Positions 57,829 through 64,000 of a stretch of DNA of 64,000 nucleotides are shown in pieces (within the stretch, counting starts at the first letter, position 1; every line of letters begins with the position of its first letter). A program made the translations under genes and the position numbers. The stretch is from Methanobacteriota archaeon (GTDB lineage Archaea; Thermoplasmatota; E2; DHVEG-1), in assembly GCA_963769885.1 (NCBI GenBank), contig CAVYNH010000006.1, positions 96,001 to 160,000 of the forward strand. Reading direction: 5' to 3'. Below the pieces are notes generated by a model that ran no database searches, was not told where the DNA came from, and worked only from the letters and a program-made list of their open reading frames with translations.

Positions 57829-58592
57829 TCTTTCTTGTGGGTCACTGCCCGTGCGATCCCCGCGATGTTCCCGATCTCGCCGCCGGGGACGACGATGAGG
57901 TTCTTTTCTCGGGCGATCTCAGTGAGCGTCTGAAGTTCACGCAAGCGTAAGGCAACCGGTGTTTGCTCGTAGAGTTTCGCCGCATCAGCCATTTTCTGCG
58001 ACGCGAGGAACTCTCCTTCGGCCATGATGATACGCGAGCGCTTCTCCCGCTCCGCCTCGGCTTGTTTGGCGATAGCCCGGAGCATCTCCTCAGGCAAAGA
58101 GACATCCTTAATCGTGACCGCTGAGATCTTTATCCCCCAGGGGTCGGTCCCAATATCAAGGATCTCCTGCAGGCTCTTATTCAGTTCTTCGCGTTGAGCG
58201 AGAAGCTCATCAAGACTCTTCTGCCCAAGGATATCACGAAGGGTCGTCTGGGCAAGCAGACTCGTCGCGACATCGTACCGCTGTACCTCGACAATCGCCT
58301 TTTGGGCGTCGGTGATCCGGAAATAGACGACAGCGTCCACGTCCACCGTCACGTTATCACGGGTGATCACGCGTTGTTTGGGGACGTCGATGACACGGGT
58401 ACGGAGATCGAGCTTGATGATACGGTCAACAACCGGGATGATGAAGACGAGACCGGGGCCTTTGATGCCGGCCAGCCTCCCAAGTCGGAAGACGACAATC
58501 CGCTGGTACTCCGCCATGATGCGGATTGCGGCCGCGAGCAGGACGACAATTAAGATTAGAATGACGATGCCGACGATAACAAAATCGACCAT
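57825..58592 (-). CDS. Stomatin/SPFH (slipin) protein
   Basis: VVFRLGR...GPGL, ITRDNVTVDVDAVVY, AQTTLR, DPWGIK, QAEAERE. Confidence 0.95.
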   Translation of the reverse strand: MVDFVIVGIVILILIVVLLAAAIRIMAEYQRIVVFRLGRLAGIKGPGLVFIIPVVDRIIKLDLRTRVIDVPKQRVITRDNVTVDVDAVVYFRITDAQKAIVEVQRYDVATSLLAQTTLRDILGQKSLDELLAQREELNKSLQEILDIGTDPWGIKISAVTIKDVSLPEEMLRAIAKQAEAEREKRSRIIMAEGEFLASQKMADAAKLYEQTPVALRLRELQTLTEIAREKNLIVVPGGEIGNIAGIARAVTHKKE

Positions 58593-58685
58593 TTTTTCTC
58601 ACCTTGGGAGCATTCAACCTGTGTTACTTCTTAAGAGTTTCGCTCCTAAGGCGACGGGGATCGTGGTGTAACGATATTTTTTTAA

Positions 58686-60011
<1,326 letters not shown>

Positions 60012-60091
60012 TTTTTTTAGGGTTTTTTTGTCTGGAATTGCCATAAAATATTTGATGGTAGACCGGTTACCTGTGGGCGAGGCGGAAAGTT

Positions 60092-61030
60092 ATGAAGATT
60101 CTGGTTACCGACAAGACCGAGCAGGAAGTGCTCAATCAGCTGAAGTCATCTGGCCACGAGATCGTTTTCAATGAGATGGATCCCGCGACGTTACTCGCTG
60201 AGATTGGGAAGTATGATGCGTTGATGGTGCGGAGCCGGACGAAGGTGACGGCTGAGGTCATCGAGAGGGGGAAGAACAGCCTGAAGGTGATTGGTCGTGC
60301 GGGGATCGGGGTGGATAACATCGATCTCGCGGCGGCGTCGAAGTACAATATCAAGGTGGTGAATGCGCCGACGGGGTCGACGGTGAGCGTCGCGGAGCTG
60401 ACGTTGGGGTTGCTGCTGTGCGCGGCGCGGTCGATTCCGCAGGCGGACCGGTCGATGAAGCAGGGGTTGTGGGAGAAGAAGACGTTCAAGGGTGTTGAGC
60501 TCTCTGAGAAGACGCTGGGGATCATTGGGATCGGGCGGATTGGGGTGGAGCTGGCGAAGCGGGCGATGGCCTGTAACATGAAGGTGATTGCGTACGATAA
60601 GTATGTGACGAAGTCGCCGATGCATGGGATCGCGCTGGTGCCTCTTGATCAATTGCTGGCGTCCGCTGATTATATCTCGCTGCATATCCCATTCAATAAA
60701 CAGGAGGGTGCGGTGTTGAAGGAGGCTGAGTTTGCGATGATGAAGAAGGGTGTTATCCTCGTGAACTGCGCCCGTGGCGGGACGGTTGATGAAAAGGCGT
60801 TATTGAAAGCGCTGCAGGAGGGGAGGGTCCGTGCCGCAGGGTTGGATGTGTATGAGGCCGAGCCGCCGGTGCTCAAGGATCTTGTGAATCAGCCGAATGT
60901 GATTTGCACGCCGCATATCGGCGCCTCGACGAAGGAAGGGCAGCTGCGCGCTGGGTCGATTTGCGCGGAGCAGATGCTTCTGGTGTTGTCGGGGAAGACG
61001 CCGGAGTTCTGGGTGAATCGACCAAAATAA
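60092..61030 (+). CDS. serA: D-3-phosphoglycerate dehydrogenase-like D-2-hydroxyacid dehydrogenase (no ACT domain)
   Basis: VRSRTKVT, GRAGIGVDNID, GIIGIGRIG, NCARGG, LDVYEAEPP, TPHIGAST. Confidence 0.85.
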   Translation: MKILVTDKTEQEVLNQLKSSGHEIVFNEMDPATLLAEIGKYDALMVRSRTKVTAEVIERGKNSLKVIGRAGIGVDNIDLAAASKYNIKVVNAPTGSTVSVAELTLGLLLCAARSIPQADRSMKQGLWEKKTFKGVELSEKTLGIIGIGRIGVELAKRAMACNMKVIAYDKYVTKSPMHGIALVPLDQLLASADYISLHIPFNKQEGAVLKEAEFAMMKKGVILVNCARGGTVDEKALLKALQEGRVRAAGLDVYEAEPPVLKDLVNQPNVICTPHIGASTKEGQLRAGSICAEQMLLVLSGKTPEFWVNRPK

Positions 61031-61069
61031 ATGTTCAGGGGGCGGTCGCCCCCGTGATAGGTGGTTGCA

Positions 61070-61756
61070 ATGAAGAACCTCGATCGTGTAATGGAGGCGA
61101 TAGACAAGGATATTTCGGCGAAGGAGAAGGTCCGTGAGGCGGCGCTGCGGCTTTCGCGGGAGATTGTCATCACCTGCCGCCGGGCAATCCAGCATCTGCA
61201 TCGGGGGCTTGTGACTGAGTCCGAAGGGTTCATCGGTCAGGCCGCGGGGCTGCATACTGAGCTGATTGCGGCGACCAAGGACCACCAGGATATTTTCTAT
61301 GCGGGGTACGTGGAGAACGCGGAGCAGGAGTACGTCGAGGCGAGCGTCCTGATGAGCATCATGCAGGGGCGGGACTTGCCGGGTCCGCTGGAGCTTCAGG
61401 TGACGTCGAGTGCGTACCTGCTGGGGCTCTGCGATGTGGTGGGGGAGTTGCGCCGGGCGGCCTTGGATTTCATGTTGGCTGGCACGACCGCGAAGGCCTC
61501 GGAGTACCTCGAGATGATGGACCAGATCTATGATGCGGTCATGAGCTTCGATTATCCGTCGGGGCTGGTCCCGATTAAGAAGAAGCAGGACGTGATCCGC
61601 AGTCTGGTGGAGAAGACGCGGGGGGAGCTGGTCGTGGCGACATCGGAGCAGCGGATGGAGGGCCGGGCGCGTGAGGTGCACGGGTTGTTGGAGAAGGGGC
61701 GTCGGCGGTCGTCGTCGGATGAGGAGCCGGACCTTGACGTGGACAAGGTTTGGTGA
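61070..61756 (+). CDS. Archaeal translin-family RNA-binding protein
   Basis: REAALRLSREI, QEYVEA, YLLGLCDVVGELRR. Confidence 0.88.
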   Translation: MKNLDRVMEAIDKDISAKEKVREAALRLSREIVITCRRAIQHLHRGLVTESEGFIGQAAGLHTELIAATKDHQDIFYAGYVENAEQEYVEASVLMSIMQGRDLPGPLELQVTSSAYLLGLCDVVGELRRAALDFMLAGTTAKASEYLEMMDQIYDAVMSFDYPSGLVPIKKKQDVIRSLVEKTRGELVVATSEQRMEGRAREVHGLLEKGRRRSSSDEEPDLDVDKVW

Positions 61757-61803
61757 ATAAATTCCCTTGATTCCTGGACTAAAAGAAATCCTTATAAATA
61801 CCC

Positions 61804-61811
61804 TTTATATA
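61804..61811 (+). promoter_or_regulatory. TATA box upstream of the TBP pair
   Basis: TTTATATA. A second TTATAAAT lies just upstream, and GGAGAGG precedes the ATG at 61836. Confidence 0.45.
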
Positions 61812-61835
61812 CTATAAGGAGAGGAAATATCAATA

Positions 61836-62375
61836 ATGCCCGAGGTACAGGTGGAAAACATTGTTATTTCCTGCCCGATTGCGCAGACGCTCGACCTGGC
61901 CGCCCTCGCCTCAGCGTTGGCCCACGCGCGGTATAAGCCGGAGGAGTCGCCGGCGTTGATGATCCCTGTGTCTCGGCCTCGTGCCGCGGTGTTCTTGACT
62001 GCGACGGGGGAGATGACGGTGACTGGCGTGACGTCGCTGGCGGAGGGGGAGGAGGTCATCGGGATGATGCGTGAGCGGCTCGGGCTGCTTGGCGTCTCGG
62101 CGGTGCCGCATCCGGAAGTGACGGTGCGCAACGTGGTGGCGTCATTGGAGTATGGGGCGCCGTTGCCCTTGCGGTCCCTGGGCAGCTCGTTCGATGTGAT
62201 TCCTTCTGATCAGGAGGGGTTTCCTGGGTTAATGGTGCGCTCCGAGGACCCAAATACAGTTATACTCTTGTTTGATTCGGGGAAGATGGTCGCGGACGGT
62301 CCTTCGGTGGATGCGGTCTCGGCTGCGCTGACCCGGGTTGCGTCGCAACTAGCATCAGAGGTGAGAAGGAGTTAG
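61836..62375 (+). CDS. Divergent TATA-binding protein paralog
   Basis: Two TBP repeats (VENIVISC...LDL, RNVVASL...FPGL...LLFDSGKMV). The start MPEVQVENIV nearly matches the neighbouring TBP. Confidence 0.8.
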   Translation: MPEVQVENIVISCPIAQTLDLAALASALAHARYKPEESPALMIPVSRPRAAVFLTATGEMTVTGVTSLAEGEEVIGMMRERLGLLGVSAVPHPEVTVRNVVASLEYGAPLPLRSLGSSFDVIPSDQEGFPGLMVRSEDPNTVILLFDSGKMVADGPSVDAVSAALTRVASQLASEVRRS

Positions 62376-62390
62376 GAGGAAAGTTGGATC

Positions 62391-62942
62391 ATGCCGGAAG
62401 TAATCGTGGAAAACATCGTGGCATCGACGTCTTTTTCCGATAAGTTGGATCTGGACGTAATCGCCCAATCGCTGGAGGAAGCCGAGTATGAGCCGGAGCA
62501 GTTCCCTGGGCTCGTCTACCGGTTGAACAACCCGAAGACTGCGACTCTGCTGTTCCGGAGCGGGAAGGCGAATTGCACCGGGGCGAAGAACATTGAGGAT
62601 GTCCGGACGACGATCAACATCATCGCGGAGAAGCTGAAGAAACTGGGTGTGGATGTGTACAAGGACCCGGAGATCGTCATCCAGAACATCGTGGCGATCT
62701 CGGATCTCGGCGGTGAGCTGAATCTCAATGAGGTCGCGATGGCGCTGGGGCTGGAGAACGTGGAGTATGAGCCGGAGCAGTTCCCTGGTCTGGTGTATCG
62801 GATCAAGGAGCCGAAGGTGGCCATGCTACTGTTTGGTTCTGGGAAGATCGTCTGCACGGGCGCGCGGCGCATCGCGGACGTGTCGCTGGCGGTGGAGAAG
62901 CTGTCGCAGGAGCTGACGTCGCTCGGCTTGATCCATCATTGA
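62391..62942 (+). CDS. tbp: TATA-box-binding protein
   Basis: Two YEPEQFPGLVYR...LLFxSGK repeats. Confidence 0.97.
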   Translation: MPEVIVENIVASTSFSDKLDLDVIAQSLEEAEYEPEQFPGLVYRLNNPKTATLLFRSGKANCTGAKNIEDVRTTINIIAEKLKKLGVDVYKDPEIVIQNIVAISDLGGELNLNEVAMALGLENVEYEPEQFPGLVYRIKEPKVAMLLFGSGKIVCTGARRIADVSLAVEKLSQELTSLGLIHH

Positions 62943-63086
62943 CGGTTGTTGCGAGTTCCGGATACGGCCCCTTCGGATTTGTTATTTTTGTTGCATAGGT
63001 ATTTGGTTTTTTACTCGTACTATTGGCTCTTTGTGGTGGCTGCGGATGCGTAGATTTATGTACTCAGACGGGATATCAGCCTGCAG

Positions 63087-63156
63087 AGGGGTCTAATGAA
63101 AGAATATTAAGATCTGTTTCTTTTTCATTCTTTTCCTCCCAGACAATTAGACCCCT
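63087..63156. repeat. 70-bp element bounded by perfect 11-bp inverted repeats
   Basis: AGGGGTCTAAT (63087-63097) and ATTAGACCCCT (63146-63156). Confidence 0.55.
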
Positions 63157-63253
63157 TTTCCTTTCACTTTCTCCCTTCTCTTTCCCTTATGAAAACGACT
63201 CTAGACTAGGTGAGTGGAAAAGGAAAAAAGAGGGAGGGGCGGCCTATAGTGGT

Positions 63254-63788
63254 TTAGACCGAGGCGTAAAAGTCTTTGAGTTCGTCGAGCTTGGGGTTGA
63301 GCATCCCGCAGATCTTGATGGAGAAGATGTCCTCCAGCAGGAGTGTCTCGCGGACGAGGGCGGAGTAGCGCTTGTTGATGAACTCGATGAACTTCTTGGC
63401 GCCGGAGATGTCTTTGGCCGTGAAGCAGATGATGCCGTCGGTACTGGCCGTGTAGGACGCAGGCGGTGCGGATATAGATGCCGATGGACTTGGCGCTGCT
63501 CTTTTTGAAGGCGTTGATGAGGTCTTCAACGGCGTTGCCCAGCGGCTCGTTTGACCGCTTGATGAGCAGGAAGTAGTGGCGGACACCTTGCTTCTCTTTA
63601 TCGGGGACCGCGGTGTACCCCCAGATGGTTTTGTTGCTTTCGAGCCGTTTTATGATTCGCCAGACCTTTTGCCTGGAGAATCCGCACTGTTTTGCTATTT
63701 TATCGATGCTTTCGTTTGAGTTGCGCTGAAGCTGCTCGATGACCTTCTTCTCGTCTTGATCGATTTGTTTTTTGCTACTTTTGGCCAT
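63254..63788 (-). pseudogene. Lrp/AsnC regulator with a +1 frameshift near 63440 (pseudogene or sequencing error)
   Basis: HTH (NESIDKIAKQCGFSRQKVWRIIKRLE) is in one frame and the RAM C-terminus (DGIICFTAKD) in another. Removing one base at 63440-63441 restores LHGQYDGIICF and a 177-aa protein. Confidence 0.8.
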
Positions 63789-64000
63789 AGGACTCTTGCC
63801 TCCTTGGGATTTTTTTCTCCTCTCTAGATTGTTTTACGGCGTGTTGGGTGTCTATCCTGGAGAAGGAAATCACCCGGGTCTGTGTTGGTTAAATGTTATT
63901 TTTGTGTTGTAACAGGCTATTACAAAGCTCCTTATAATGTTTTTGCACAACATTTATATTACGATTCAATTCTGCGGTATTCTTTGGACAAGAAAGACAA

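Noticed and set aside
56503-58592. NfeD-stomatin pair as a novel system
   Set aside because: A well-known conserved prokaryotic operon.
63023-63508. 161-aa + strand ORF
   Set aside because: Antisense to the Lrp gene and runs through low-complexity intergenic DNA.

Overview
Core archaeal chromosome segment: TBP, aRF1, pelota, RqcH, archease, Dph6, intron-containing tRNAs and TATA-type promoters. The many secreted C25/M14/M28/caspase-like peptidases and NosD-like, beta-propeller and PKD surface proteins suggest Thermoplasmatota, probably MBG-D/DHVEG-1-like. That placement is inference, not a database result. There are about 55 CDS (purM/purS/purL, thiL, larE/B/C, eno, serA-like, OPT+PqqD, NfeD-stomatin, Lrp regulators) and two tRNAs. 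I found no CRISPR array, rRNA or transposase. Most notable: (1) an initiator tRNA-Met gene interrupted by 77 nt inside the acceptor stem, near a tRNA-Leu(UAG) whose intron has an imperfect BHB helix; (2) a sawtooth G+T versus C+A strand-skew pattern on a roughly 10-15 kb scale that ignores gene orientation; (3) a shared C-terminal Ig-like module with an aromatic/basic insert on at least five unrelated secreted proteins, a candidate surface-anchoring system; (4) a half-degenerate TBP paralog in tandem with canonical TBP; (5) an EamA transporter fused to an Lrp/AsnC ligand-binding domain, beside a stand-alone copy of that domain. Two genes each carry one extra C, which may be sequencing error. 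All calls were made by eye from motifs, with no searches run.
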